Assembly: GCF_041146345.1 (NCBI RefSeq)
Contig: NW_027191413.1
Location: 1,984,001 to 2,048,000 of the forward strand
Reading direction: 5' to 3'
DNA length: 64,000 bases
Source of the DNA: Neodothiora populina
Lineage: Eukaryota
Shown here: positions 13,108 through 25,016 of the stretch, piece by piece
Position numbering within the stretch: position 1 is the stretch's first letter
How the letters are laid out: each line of letters begins with the position of its first letter
Made by a program: the position numbers and the translations under genes
The notes under the pieces: model-generated
What the model saw: only the letters and a program-made list of their open reading frames with translations
The model's database searches: none
What the model was told of the DNA's origin: nothing

Positions 13108-13419
13108 GGATAGAACAAAACAAAACGTGGAAATTCGAGAAGTGTTTCTCTTTGCTACTGTTTGGAAACGAAATCTATCAATTAGAATATGGGGAATTGC
13201 GCAATGCAATAGATTTGATTCCTCCCGCGAAGCTGTTAATCCACTTGTCTACTTCCACGAGTTGATCGATCGGGCTGTCCGTTGTGCAACACGAAGCAAA
13301 TCCACTCAAACCAACGTCGACGAAGCGAAGGAGAAAAAAACCCCCCCATCAATGCCATTTCTCCCAAACTCCCTACTTCTTCTACCCTGCCAAAACCCCT
13401 ATGTGAAAGAAATCAAAGT

Positions 13420-15019
13420 CTACCTATTCCCCAAAGCACCAGCAGGAACCCCGCCCCTGCGCCGCTCGATGACCCTGCCCACAGCACTCCTGACCTCGGC
13501 GTTCGACCGCACCGTGTTGTCCACCAACCACCTGCGCATGGCGTGTTTGAGATCTCTCATGCCCGTGTTGCCACTCGCGCTGTTCCCCGCCACTGTCTCG
13601 GTATCTGTCGAAGCCGTGGCAGGAGGAGGAAGAGGAGGAGGAGGAGGAGGAGGAGGAGGAGGAGGAGAGGCAAAGGGCGTCAACTCGAGCGCCAGCAGTC
13701 GGCCGACTTCTTGGTCTGTAGCGTTTAGAGTGCCTACGAGACGGTCGAGTTGGGCAGGGTCGATTGTGGTTCCCTTTGCGTCTTGTTGGGGGGAGGAGGG
13801 GCCTTGCGGAGAGGAAGACAACAAAGGACCGATTTGGGAAAGGGCGATGAAGAATGTCAGGACGAGTTTGCGGCAGAGTTGCAGGGCTTGGTAGGGGAGG
13901 TAGGGAGATGTAGAAGAGACAAAGGAGGGGAGGGGCAGGGTGGGGGTCAGGGATGTGGAGAGGCGGGTTAGGATTGGGAAAGGGTGGGTTTGCGTGTGCA
14001 GTTCGAGGGTGAAGAGGGTTGCTAGCGCTAGGTAGCGCCACTGTGGTTTTTGTTTTCTTATTAGTTTTTTTTCTTGGTCATACATGTTTTTACATGAGAC
14101 ATGGGGGGAAATGCTTACGAAAGCCGCCTGCTTCAAGTACCCGACTACACCGAGCAACATCATGACCGCCCCGGTTCCGAAGTAGTACATGAGAGTGTTG
14201 CGCAGACCGGCCTTGACGTAGTCGGCGATGGTCGTGCAGCCTCTCCAGCGTAGAATGTCGGGCCCGAAGCGGTCGTATGCGAAGCGCTTGGCTGGGTCGA
14301 TGAGGACGTCGCGACAGAGCTTGAGGTGGACGTAGAGGGCCTCTGCTGCCGGACGGGCTGCCGCATCGCTAATTTTGTCTGGGTGGTGGGTTATTGTTCT
14401 GGAGGGGCTGTCAGTCGCGGTGGCGAAAGTTCTCTAGGACGAGAAGTCCAGTAGACTTGATGCCTCAGAGAACAAGAGATGCCAAAAGCAAAACACTCAC
14501 ATCCGCCTGAATCTCGACTGCAGTCCCCTATCATCAATATCATGTCTGACGCCAAGATCCCGATAAAAGTCGCCCGCCTGTCGTATCTCATAGTCTGCTT
14601 CGTAGATGGTATATAACAGATAGGCCAGGATGACCAGGATATGGATGCGTCTGCGGTGGACGGCAAAGGCCCGCGAGCCCGGTTGTGGTTTGGGCTCGCC
14701 GGCGCGGATCCATACTGCGTAGTAGGCTGATTGGACCCAGCCGGTGACGAGCTGGGGGGTTGGTGTTAGTAGGGGTTGTTGGTTTCAGAGGCAGTATTTG
14801 TGGAGTGATGAATGTTGGAACAATGATCATGAAGCAAAAGGGTATGTATCAAGAATGAATGCTTCAAGTAAATGGAGAACCAGGCCAAATAGATCAATAG
14901 TCAGAGGTGTTGTACCACTACTGTACCACCACATAACAACAACACATATTACACAAGACGACAGAACTCACATTAGGTAGGAAGTACCATCCCGCCAGAG
15001 ACAGCAGGTTGCTCGACAT
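13420..15019 (-). CDS. Membrane-associated DnaJ/J-domain protein; exons ~15019-14972, 14751-14500, 14399-14118, 14040-13420
   Basis: Spliced frame MSSNLLSLAGWYFLPN/LVTGWVQSAYY..ILVILAYLLYTIYEADY..DFYRDLGV..SRFRR/ITITHHPDK..KRFAYDRFGP contains the HPD motif and TM segments; GTGAGT/GTAAGC donors. Confidence 0.85.
13622..13667. repeat. (GGA)n microsatellite encoding poly-Pro in the minus-strand J-protein
   Basis: ggaggaggaagaggaggaggagga... run. Confidence 0.9.
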
Positions 15020-15531
15020 GTTCTGTGTTTTGGTTTCAACAGTACGACACGACTTTTGTCGTGCGGGAAAGGGTTACCTGTATACACAGACGTGTACAGC
15101 TGGAGTAGTACTACTGTCGCTGGTAGTAAGGTAGTGAATTCTAGCCGAGGCCAAGACTTTTGTATACAATTTGTATGTTAGCAGCCAGAGGAGTCCAATC
15201 CGTCGAGTCAGACGCAGACCAGCAAGAAGGGTCAGCATCGTGACAGAAAGTTGGCCACAAGCACGTTTATGAAAGGTCCAGAATTCATGGCCGAAATCAC
15301 TCTTTTCCCCGGACTTTGTCGGTGGATCAATAATTCCTACTTCCGGAACAAATTAGAGAGAAAGAAAGAGAGAAAGAAAGAAAGAAAAGATATTATTGTA
15401 ATTCCAGCATTGCGCGCATTTTCAAAAAATCAATTGGATAGCGAGGAACAAAACCCAGCAATTCTTTCTTCTCTTCTTGCAATTGCGCAGTCTACACGCC
15501 AGATTGCCACAAACCCCCCCCCCCCCCCAAA

Positions 15532-16635
15532 ATGGCGACTACATTAGAAACGACGCCGAAGGCAGCAACGAAGTCGTCAAAATCCAAGGATTCATCGAGC
15601 AGCAAGAAATCATCCAAGAAGCGATCGCGCGAGGAGCAGCAGCTGCTAAAAAAGGAAGATGTCGTGGTAGAAGCACAAGAGCAAGAAGAAGCACAACAAG
15701 CCATTCCCTCCTCGCCCAGCAAGCGTCAGCGACTAGACAACGACAATGACGTGGACATGGACGTCGATCCAACACCGTCTGCACCGGTCGAGAGCGGCGC
15801 CTACATGCCGACCGACGAAGACATTGAGAAGAAATCGCCGTTCCTCCAGCAAACCACCTCGCTCTACCTGGCCCTGTCACCTGTGGCTCACCGTTTCCCT
15901 CTCCAGGGCCTCTGCGCCGAGCATCTCTCCCCCTTACTCTTGACGTACTACCCGCCCCTGAACGGAGTCCTACTCTCGTACTCCAACCCGCGCCTGACAT
16001 GCACTCCCCACGACCCAGCCATCTTCTCTTCCTCAGCAGCAGCTGCACCAGCGAAAAAGAGCAGCAGCAAAAAGGCCACCCCATCCGCAGACGAACCAGC
16101 CACCCTGCCCATGGCCAAGTCAATCGCCGAATACGCGCCCTCGTACATCTGGCTGACGGCCGACTTCGTGCTCCTGCGCCCGACGAAAGGCTCCTGCATC
16201 GAAGGGCACATCAGTCTGCAGAACGAATCCTATCTTGGTCTGGTATGCTACAACTTTTTCAACGCCGGCATTCCGCGCGCCAGGCTGCCCCGCGACTGGA
16301 CGTGGGTGTCTCTGTCTTCTTCTTCGGCGGCGGCGGCATCAAAGAAAGACAACACCATCAGCGGCGCGAGCGCAGACTGGATGCGCGGCAAGAGCAAACA
16401 CTCGGCTGAGGACGAGCAGGACGGACACTTTGTCGATGCCGAGGGCAACGAGATCAAGGGCTCGCTGCGCTTCAGAGTCAAGGACTTCGAGAGCGCGCCC
16501 AGCACGGAGCGCGAGAGGGGGTTCTTGAGCATCGAGGGGACCCTGCTGGATGATGTCGAGGACGCCAAGGTGGATGCTGAGGAGAAGGTCAAGGCCAGGG
16601 GTAAGGGCAAGGGGAGAAGTGGCGGCAGGAGATAG
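15532..16635 (+). CDS. RPA43: RNA polymerase I subunit RPA43
   Basis: SLYLALSP..EHLSPLLLTYYPPLNGVLLSY, YIWLTADF..PTKG..EG.I.LQNESYLGLVCYNFFNA.I and FLSIEGTLL motifs. Confidence 0.9.
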   Translation: MATTLETTPKAATKSSKSKDSSSSKKSSKKRSREEQQLLKKEDVVVEAQEQEEAQQAIPSSPSKRQRLDNDNDVDMDVDPTPSAPVESGAYMPTDEDIEKKSPFLQQTTSLYLALSPVAHRFPLQGLCAEHLSPLLLTYYPPLNGVLLSYSNPRLTCTPHDPAIFSSSAAAAPAKKSSSKKATPSADEPATLPMAKSIAEYAPSYIWLTADFVLLRPTKGSCIEGHISLQNESYLGLVCYNFFNAGIPRARLPRDWTWVSLSSSSAAAASKKDNTISGASADWMRGKSKHSAEDEQDGHFVDAEGNEIKGSLRFRVKDFESAPSTERERGFLSIEGTLLDDVEDAKVDAEEKVKARGKGKGRSGGRR

Positions 16636-16742
16636 GATAGCTTTTCCTCAGAGTGCGGGAGCAGACGAGAAACCCAACATTTCTACTACATAAAAAAACA
16701 AAAAGGAGCCATGTAGCTTATTCTTATTCCATTTGCTCACAG

Positions 16743-18158
16743 CTATTTATAAGGCAGATTCGGATGCGACCAACCGATTCCGACCCTGCCCTCATCACTC
16801 GTGGTCCACACCCTCTCCTTGGCCACGAACAGATCCCGCGCATCCAGATGCCTGAACAAATGTCTCTGCGTCTGACCATCCCGATACCTACTCGCCATGC
16901 CCGCCCCGGCGCTGCCGTGCGTCCAGATCAGAGGCCTCTTGACCCTCGACCAGGCGTATTCGTTGCGGCTCTCCTGCCAGCAGTTGAGACACAAGCCGAC
17001 TTCAGACGACAAGGACAGAGAGACGAGATCGATGAGCGGCAGCAGGCGCGTGCGCAGGCCGCAGTGGCGGTGGTTCTTGTCGATTTGGTACTCGGGGGCC
17101 TTCCTGAACTCGTCGAGCAGGTCGAAGAGGTCGGCGTCGTAGTAAAAGTCTTGTTCCGTCTCGCAGGGTTCGCCTTCCGGGGTCGTCGAGATCAGCCGAC
17201 CTTGCAGGTTCAGCGTGTTGATTTTCCTGAAGAACTTGACCATCTGGCCGAGCTGGTAGAGGTCGCACTCGGCCGACGAGTCGTAGCCTAGCTTGCATTG
17301 GCGGTCGCGGCAGGTGTAGAGATGCAAGAAGTGTGTTTGGAGAGACTGGATTGATTCGAGGATGCAGTCGCGGCGGAACAGGAGTTCTTCCTCTATGCCC
17401 TGGGGTAGGTCCCACCACAGCGCGCTCGTCACGTCGGTCTCTCGACCCAGCCAGCCTTTATGGATCAAGCGCAGCGAGGATGACCAGACCCACGAAGGGT
17501 TGTCGAGGAACAGACCGACCAGCAGTCTCTGTCTCACTCTCTCTTCCGGTTCGGGTTTCGTGCCGCTCTTGCTGTTCTGTCCTCTGGTGGCGTCGAGGGC
17601 AGCGATGAGTTTCCGCCTCTCGAAGTATTGGCGCACAGCGGCAAGAGCATCGAATCTGTCGGCGACGACCAGCATATTGGCCACATTTGCAAGAGGAGGG
17701 ATCTTGACGGCGAGATGTGCATCGTGGAGAGCGCGCAGGAAGTCACCCATAAGATTCCGGATGCTCTTGACATTCGACGAGATCCGGCCGACGTCGGCGA
17801 CGTCTACTTGCGGCAGCTCCTCCAGCGGCACCGCAGCAGGACTCGGGTATCTGGTCCTGAGGACAGAGTGGGATTCCTTGACTTGTGCTCCTTCGCCGAA
17901 CTTGTCTGGGTCGAGGAGGCGGGCGAAGTAGGGCGAGGCCTCACGCAGACGCTTCGACTCTACTCGATAGAGAAAGACGTCATCTGCTTGGTTCTCGAGC
18001 TGTCTCTTGACCGCGAGGACGAGATCGCCATTTGCAGAGACGAGCGCAGGATCGACTTCGACAGGAGGATCTGGTGGTTGTGGTGTTTGTTTGGTATCCT
18101 TCGCTGTGGCGGACTTGATCGTCTGAGCCTTGCTCTTTTTCAGGGGCGTGGACTGCAT
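16743..18158 (-). CDS. Conserved fungal protein with an N-terminal BTB/POZ-like domain
   Basis: 471-aa ORF; GDLVLAV..YRVESKRLREASPYFARLL..KFGEG and LVVADRFD resemble fungal BTB folds; Cys-rich C-terminal half. Confidence 0.7.
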   Translation of the reverse strand: MQSTPLKKSKAQTIKSATAKDTKQTPQPPDPPVEVDPALVSANGDLVLAVKRQLENQADDVFLYRVESKRLREASPYFARLLDPDKFGEGAQVKESHSVLRTRYPSPAAVPLEELPQVDVADVGRISSNVKSIRNLMGDFLRALHDAHLAVKIPPLANVANMLVVADRFDALAAVRQYFERRKLIAALDATRGQNSKSGTKPEPEERVRQRLLVGLFLDNPSWVWSSSLRLIHKGWLGRETDVTSALWWDLPQGIEEELLFRRDCILESIQSLQTHFLHLYTCRDRQCKLGYDSSAECDLYQLGQMVKFFRKINTLNLQGRLISTTPEGEPCETEQDFYYDADLFDLLDEFRKAPEYQIDKNHRHCGLRTRLLPLIDLVSLSLSSEVGLCLNCWQESRNEYAWSRVKRPLIWTHGSAGAGMASRYRDGQTQRHLFRHLDARDLFVAKERVWTTSDEGRVGIGWSHPNLPYK

Positions 18159-18859
18159 GTTTTGGAGTAGAATGATACCAAGCGTCGACCCTGCTTGAAG
18201 TGCCTTATGGATAGGGCCAGAACATGGTGGCTCGGACTACAGCAGCAGGCACGCACCCCGAGGTTGTAGTGTATTGTCGGGTGGAAAGTGTGAGTCGAGG
18301 CTGATCACTGATCTGATGCCACGCGCGAGTCAGGAGTGGCGGCGAGTGGCACGATTCTCGTGTCATGGCGGGCAGCTCCACCGAGATTGTATCGAAGGCA
18401 ATCATGAACCTGCATCCTACCAAGGTCTCGTGTATCATGGTCCAGTGCACCCAATCGCATATGTCTCGTTTCCTCCTCCTCATGTGTATCATAGCAGGAC
18501 ATACTGCTCCATCACCAGACCAACGAGACACTGTCTTGGTGTCGAGTGGAGTAAGGAAAGACGAAAAGCAGGTGATATCTCCGATTTCCGTCTCGTCAGG
18601 GTCCATTATGGTGTACTGTATGTACCTCAATCGAGGCGGGACTTTTTTTGCCCCACAACAGCTGAATGCTTGAATATTTCTTTTTTTGCTTCTTCTTGGT
18701 TTCTGCCCGGCACCTCTACGCGCTGGCTGCATGCGTGTCTTTACTCTTGCACAATCTGTCAGGCCAGGCGCATCAGTGCCCGTCTCAGGCGTGGATTCCC
18801 TCTTGTTTCGTCGCGACATGCACCATCATTTCGGATCCATACCATCCCTAGCCGGCACC

Positions 18860-20743
18860 ATGTCTGCACCAGAAAGCAAAAAGCTGTTCGGGCGCGAGTT
18901 CTACAAGAGCATCGGCAGCCCCAAGATGATCCTGGCGCCAATGGTCGAGCAGTCCGAGTTCGCCTGGCGCATGCTGTCTCGCTCATACATGACCCCGGAA
19001 ACGAATCACGACCTGCTCGCCTACACCCCGATGTTCCACTCGCGCATGTTCGTCGACACTCCCAAGTACCGCGAGTCGCACTTCCAGCCCATCAAGACGT
19101 CGATCGCCTCGCCGCCGGACGCATACCACACTTGGCAGTACTCGGAGCAGGACCAGTACCTCGACGGAAACACCAGGATCGACCGGCCGCTGTTCGTGCA
19201 GTTCTGCGCCAACAAGCCCGAGGAGCTGCTCGCTGCTGCGCGACACGTGCAGCCCTTCTGTGATGCGGTAGACTTGAACCTGGGCTGTCCGCAGGGAATC
19301 GCGAAGAGAGGCAACTACGGCTCGTTCCTGCAGGAGGACTGGGACACCATCTACAAGCTCATCAACACGCTGCATCTGAACCTTGACATCCCAGTCACTG
19401 CCAAGATGCGCATCCTCGACACCAAGGAAAAGACGCTCGATTACGCCAGGATGATCCTGTCCGCGGGCGCCAGTATTCTGACCGTTCACGGCCGACAACG
19501 CCACCAAAAGGGCCACAACACCGGTCTCGCAGACTGGCAGATGATTCGCTTCTTGCGTGAGAACCTGCCCGCCGACACTGTTCTATTCGCCAACGGCAAC
19601 ATCCTGCAGCACCAAGACATGGCCGCATGTCTGGAAGCCACGGGCGCAGACGGCGTCATGAGCGCCGAGGGCAATCTTTACGACCCCACCATCTTCGCCA
19701 GACCGCCTCCCGTGGGCCAAGAGGGAAGAGAGTACTGGAGAGGAAAAGACGGCAAGGGGGGATATCGAATGGACGGTGTGCTGCGGAGGTACATGGACAT
19801 AATCCACAGATACGTCCTGGGTCAAGAAGCGCCGGCGAGAGCACCACTGTTCATCGCTTCCGACGCCGCCACTTCTGCTCCTGCCTCAGCAGAGTCAAGC
19901 CAAGCCCCAGAGGCCGCACAGCAAGAGCCCTCCTCTACCTCATCCCTCAAGCGCCCCGCCTCAGCAGAAGACTCATCAACCCCCAACCCCGACTCCTCGA
20001 CGCACACGTCCAAAAAGCAAAAGCAAGAGCCGCCGCCGAGCCAGCAGAAAAAGTCCAAACCCGCCCCCTGCACCTCGCCGAACCTCGTCTCGATGCAAGC
20101 CCACCTCTTCCACCTGCTGCGCCCACTAGTCAGCCAGCACACCGCGATCCGCGACGCCCTAGCGCGCAGCCGAGCAGGCGACATGGACGCCTTCGAGCGC
20201 GTCCTGTCGATGGTCGAAGACGTCACGAGAGAGGGGCTGATGCAGTACGACGCTGACCCCGAGGCTTTCGCGTTCCCTTGCTCGTCTGCAGCCGCCGAGG
20301 AAACGACGACGATGACAGCAACGGAAGGAAATGAGTCGTCTCTCGCAACGCAAAAGAGATGTAGACGCCCCTGGTTCGTAGTGCAGCCGTACGTGCGGCC
20401 TTTGCCTGCTGAAGCGCTCCTCAAGGGATCCATGCAGTTGACGAAGAAAGAAAAGAAGGCGCTCGCTGCTGCTGCTGCAGCTTCCGAGTCCACCTCTGCT
20501 GCTACTACCGCCCCTACTCCCGGACAGATCCAAGAAGAGATGCAAATAAAAGAGCGGCAAAAAGCAGACGACGACGAGACGAGAGCGGCGGGATTGCAGC
20601 CTGAGGGCAGGGTCGAGACCCTTCTCGTTACTGCGAACGGGACGGAAACAAAATCGACGGAGCAGGAAGGAGTGGAGGGGATGAAAGAGGAGGGCAAGGT
20701 GCAGACGGAAGGGATACCCAAGGAGGGCATGGTTTGTGGATAG
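18860..20743 (+). CDS. DUS1: tRNA-dihydrouridine(16/17) synthase
   Basis: LAPMVEQSE.AWR, DRPLFVQFCAN, DLNLGCPQ.IA.RG.YG, VTAKMR, TVHGR, ANGNI and GADGVMSAEG motifs. Confidence 0.95.
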   Translation: MSAPESKKLFGREFYKSIGSPKMILAPMVEQSEFAWRMLSRSYMTPETNHDLLAYTPMFHSRMFVDTPKYRESHFQPIKTSIASPPDAYHTWQYSEQDQYLDGNTRIDRPLFVQFCANKPEELLAAARHVQPFCDAVDLNLGCPQGIAKRGNYGSFLQEDWDTIYKLINTLHLNLDIPVTAKMRILDTKEKTLDYARMILSAGASILTVHGRQRHQKGHNTGLADWQMIRFLRENLPADTVLFANGNILQHQDMAACLEATGADGVMSAEGNLYDPTIFARPPPVGQEGREYWRGKDGKGGYRMDGVLRRYMDIIHRYVLGQEAPARAPLFIASDAATSAPASAESSQAPEAAQQEPSSTSSLKRPASAEDSSTPNPDSSTHTSKKQKQEPPPSQQKKSKPAPCTSPNLVSMQAHLFHLLRPLVSQHTAIRDALARSRAGDMDAFERVLSMVEDVTREGLMQYDADPEAFAFPCSSAAAEETTTMTATEGNESSLATQKRCRRPWFVVQPYVRPLPAEALLKGSMQLTKKEKKALAAAAAASESTSAATTAPTPGQIQEEMQIKERQKADDDETRAAGLQPEGRVETLLVTANGTETKSTEQEGVEGMKEEGKVQTEGIPKEGMVCG

Positions 20744-21256
20744 GCACTACCAAAAGATGATAGATGATGCGTCTATGCTCCGCGCTTGAGACACGACTTG
20801 TTCTACTTGTCTTGCTCTACTTACCACTCTTCGTTTCATGTAGAGATGGAGATGGAGAACATCATGTAGATATACCACTCTCACCACTACAATGTCTTAT
20901 CTCCCTCTGTTGTGGCATGTAGATTGCCATCGAATGCGTCATTCGAAACCAGGGAGACCAGAGCAACAGAAGAATTTGTAGTGAATGATTTTGTATTTCT
21001 CCCTTTTTTTTTGTGTATTGGTGGGTTTTGCTAATTCATCAATCTGTTTTCTTTCATCGACTATTCCGATGACAAGAAAAAGAAAGATGAAGGACAAGAA
21101 AAGGACAAAGAAAGTAAAACAATAACAGCAATGACGGCGACTTCTTCTTCTTCTTCCTTTTTCTCTTGTCGAATTACCCACGCTTCGTCTGCGTCTCTTG
21201 CTTCTTTCCCTCACAAGTGGCAACAGAGCGAGAAGAAGAAGAGAAGAGAAGCAAGT

Positions 21257-23847
21257 TTACCTCCTCGCGCCCTGACTCGCCTTCATCAACTCCGCCCAAG
21301 CACTCTCGACACCCCTCTTCAATTCTCGGAATGTCACAACAAAACAATTCTGCTCATCTCTGCTGACAAGCAATACCTTCTCGTCCACTCCTGCATCCAG
21401 CTTGTTCAGACAACCCAATATGTGGCCGAGATCCAACACAGGCCGTCCGTCGGCGTCAATCTGGTGGAAAACATAATCGCGGAATAACTTGAGATAGTAG
21501 CGTTCGCCCGTCTCTGCCCATGCGGACGAAGCCATGTTGAGCGTGTGTGGCGGCGCGACGGGCTGGCCTGGGTTTGCTGAAGACGCGGCTACCACCGCTG
21601 CCGTGGCAGAAGACGGTGGTCCAGAAGGATTGCCCATCATGCCCGGCCCGTTGCTGCCAGCCCCTCCGTTTACATTGACTGAACCATTCGGCTCCGGTCT
21701 TTCAAGTATCATATTCAATTTGGTCAGGAGTCGCACCAAGCGCGCGTTCTCCAGTTCTCGTGCCAAATTACTCGTCAACGCATCGCCTTCGTGGAGGCTG
21801 GCGTCAAAAATAAGTACAAGCTGAGACGAAATAAGACCGAGGAAAGTGTCGATGGTGTGATCGGTCGCTGGAGGCGCGGCAGCTCCTGCAGTACCGGGCA
21901 CGGCTTGTGGAATAGCAGACTGCGGTGGAGGCGTGAGAAGCCATGTCACGACTTCTCGCAGCTTCTCACTATACATGCGGCCAACGTGATCGAGTGACTT
22001 CTGCATGTTGTGGTGAGAGGTGGGATTCTTGGTAGCGATGCAAAGAATCAATCGCCCCAGCTGTAACATGTCATCCTGCTGTAATTCAGCCAAGCTTCTG
22101 CCCTGGTCGTACTGAGTGATGTCCAAGATGCCGCACGAGTTGAGGCGCAGTCTATTCTTCGAGGTGACCAGGACTTTCTGTGGAATCATCAGACGAGCTG
22201 CCAAGCCGATAGAATGGATGGCCTTCAGAGCAGATGCAAGTTGGACCACATAGCCCCAAAGTTCATGGTCTGTCACATAGTTGGTCGTGGGCCTGTTCGT
22301 GGGGTGTCTTGCAGGCTGGTTAAACAGCTTATCCGCAAGTGTCTGCGACATTGGGTGGTAGTCAGTCACCACAATCAGCGAACTATCGCCGAAGGCCCTG
22401 GTTGTAAATGCATCATGCACAGTGACGACGCTGCCATTACTGATGCGCTTCCATGTTTGTATTGTGCGGACAGCGTTTTCGTCGGTGAGTCGGAAGCCTA
22501 TGCGAGTCAGCACCGCTTCACGCGGTCATAAACACAGAACTCACCTTCAAGCCTGCGCAACGCATATGTATAGCCGTCCTTGCTCGAAACTGCCTTATAG
22601 ATCCAGCTAGGATAGCCGTAGGCTGAAGCCGTCTTTTGTGTGTTTGTATCTAATGCCACAAGAGAATGGAAGTGCTCCAATTGTTGTGGTAGACCAGAGT
22701 CTGATTCATCAGCGCACGCCACATAGCATAAAACCATACAAACTCACTTGCAAAGGCTTGCAAAGACGCTTCAGACTTGCGCTGCAACTCCTCTCTAAGG
22801 TGGTCTGGAATGAAGAAATCATGCGTGGTCCGTTGGTAAGCCATGAGGTTCTCTCGATGGGGACCCATCGGCGCATATAAATGGTAATTCAGCTAATGGG
22901 AAGAGTCAGAAGTTGTTGTTGTTGTTGTTGGTGTGGGAGAAAGTGAGATGAAAACATACGGGATGAGCAAAGGCCGTTGTGCTTTGGAACACAGAAGGTG
23001 TTGCGACACCAGCCGAATCATGAGCATAGGGGTTTATTTGGGCCTGATGACTTCCATCTGACAGACCAGCTGCAAGACTTTGCATAGTAAAAGGGTCGTA
23101 AGCATTAAGATTGTTGGCAGTTGGTGTGTTATCGGCCTGCATTTTCAATTCAGCGGCGGATTAACGTCAAAGCGCATTTTTATAGATACCGATTGGGAAG
23201 GAACAAATGATTGTGGCACAAATTCCTGTATGCTACGCTGTGGCCATTCTGCAGATGGTTGCTTAGTCTGTGCGACTGGCGTTCCTACTTTAAGAAGTGT
23301 CAGTGTGTTTAATACAGTACCGGCGCTAGCGTGAGTAATGGCATACTTGCAGACTTTGGGGTGAAGACAGCAGCCGCTGCAGCTTTAGGGGAGATTCCCA
23401 GGCTTTTGGTGGTGGTCTGAGCCATATTTGTAACGGGAGAAAGAGGAGTGAAGGAAGGCGAGTCCACGTTAAGGAAGCGCTTCGGACTATGAAGGACTGA
23501 TCAGTGGGTGTCAACGACCTTAGAGTGCGCGCTTCCTTACCTGTCGTTCTGCTGATTGGATTTTGTCACGTCGTGATTATACGGACATCCTAGCAAACGT
23601 GTCAGACCAATCTCGTTTGTCTCGCTTGCTGTTGACATGCTCGTTTACCATTATTCTGGGCCCTGCAGCTGCCGTATATCGTCACATTTCTACAGAGTAC
23701 GTTTTTGGCATTCTCTGCGCGAGACATGGATTAGTCTTGTGATCAGTCACTTGTCGACAGCATCTGAAACATACCACGACCTTTCGGTCTGGGAGACTGA
23801 TGTCCACGACGGACATCAGCAGGTGTCGCCCCACCTGCGGTTGCCAT
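21257..23847 (-). CDS. PAN3: PAN2-PAN3 deadenylase subunit Pan3 (multi-exon)
   Basis: Exon 1 MATAGG..SPRPKGR; CCCH finger CRNVTIYGSCR..CPYNH; FFIPDHLREELQRKSEA; pseudokinase region; LARELENARLVRLLTKL coiled coil; WAETGERYYLKLFRDYVFHQ knob. Confidence 0.93.
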
Positions 23848-25016
23848 CTGATCTGAGACAAAGGTTCAAGAGGAACAGTCAAGTCTGTACTGAAATGCGC
23901 GACAGAAGAGTAACAATAGCACAAGAATCGTCAATAATTGAGACCTGCAAACAACACCCAAGCATGTGAATGAGTCCCGCCGGGTCGTATACGAGGTTTA
24001 GTATGATTGGGTAGAGAGATGTCGTCGAAGCAAGTAGCCCTCCAATCTGTTCATGAACAGAATGCCGAAAGAAGAGTTGACCAATACCAGTCAAAAACAA
24101 AACAAGCGTGGCTACGCAGATGTGCTCTCAAGATGTCTTGAATTTTGTACAGAATATGGGTTTATTGCGTTAGCCGAAAGGCATGTGACGAAAGCTTCTG
24201 GGCGGCTCGAGTCCACAAAAGCCATCGAAACAGGCTCCTGGCGCGATTGTCAGTATGTAAAGAGTTGCACTGGTATATGGTTGGCTCTGGACATAGTATG
24301 CCCTGACCATAACCGAGTCCCTGCTCGATGATTGTTTGGTTGAGATAAAGGATCGCGTTGAGTCGAGACGACGAATGAATGGACATACCTATGAAAGTGC
24401 TACTATACAGGACATGACAGCGAATGAACGAAAGAGACGAGAGCGAGAAAAAGGATCCAGCACAATGGCTCGGGGACAAAAAGTAAGATAGGGTGTGAGC
24501 TGAGATGGCAGCGACGTGTGTGGATGTCTACAGTAGTACCTGATGTCGGGGGCGGCTTCTTTCCGGTAAGGGCTCAGCTTCCTTTCTCCATGAAAACCGT
24601 CAGCATCTCCGAGCATAGAGGGATGATCAAGCGATATACCTGATCAAATATGCAATTTATGTACAAGCCTCCGAGCCGTTCTGACTCTAAATCACATTTC
24701 GTAATGATACCGGAACACTAATCTTCTTAAAAACACCTGTTGCGCTACAGCAGCGAGAGTCCATTGTACAGTAATATTGCAGTGCAGCAGTAACATGTCT
24801 CGGATAGGGCTTTGGATCGTCCCGCAAGCGTCCGTCCCCGTCTCCACGGGTCGTAGGGCTGCGGTGCTGTGATGTAGTGCTGCCGTTGGTGTTTCTGGCT
24901 ACCTATACGTTTTGTCTCACTTGACCAGTCCCATCATTCAGATCATCGACATTACTCTTGCATCTCGTTGTCCTTTTCCTTTGCTGCTCGACCCAGGCTC
25001 TTGTGACTTCTTCACC

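Noticed and set aside
12935..13894. 319-aa plus-strand ORF
   Set aside because: Overlaps LHS1 out of frame and is antisense to the J-protein gene; low complexity.
18205..19263. Overlapping 204-aa and 329-aa ORFs in the BTB/DUS1 promoter
   Set aside because: No motifs; alternate frames of the promoter and DUS1 sequence.
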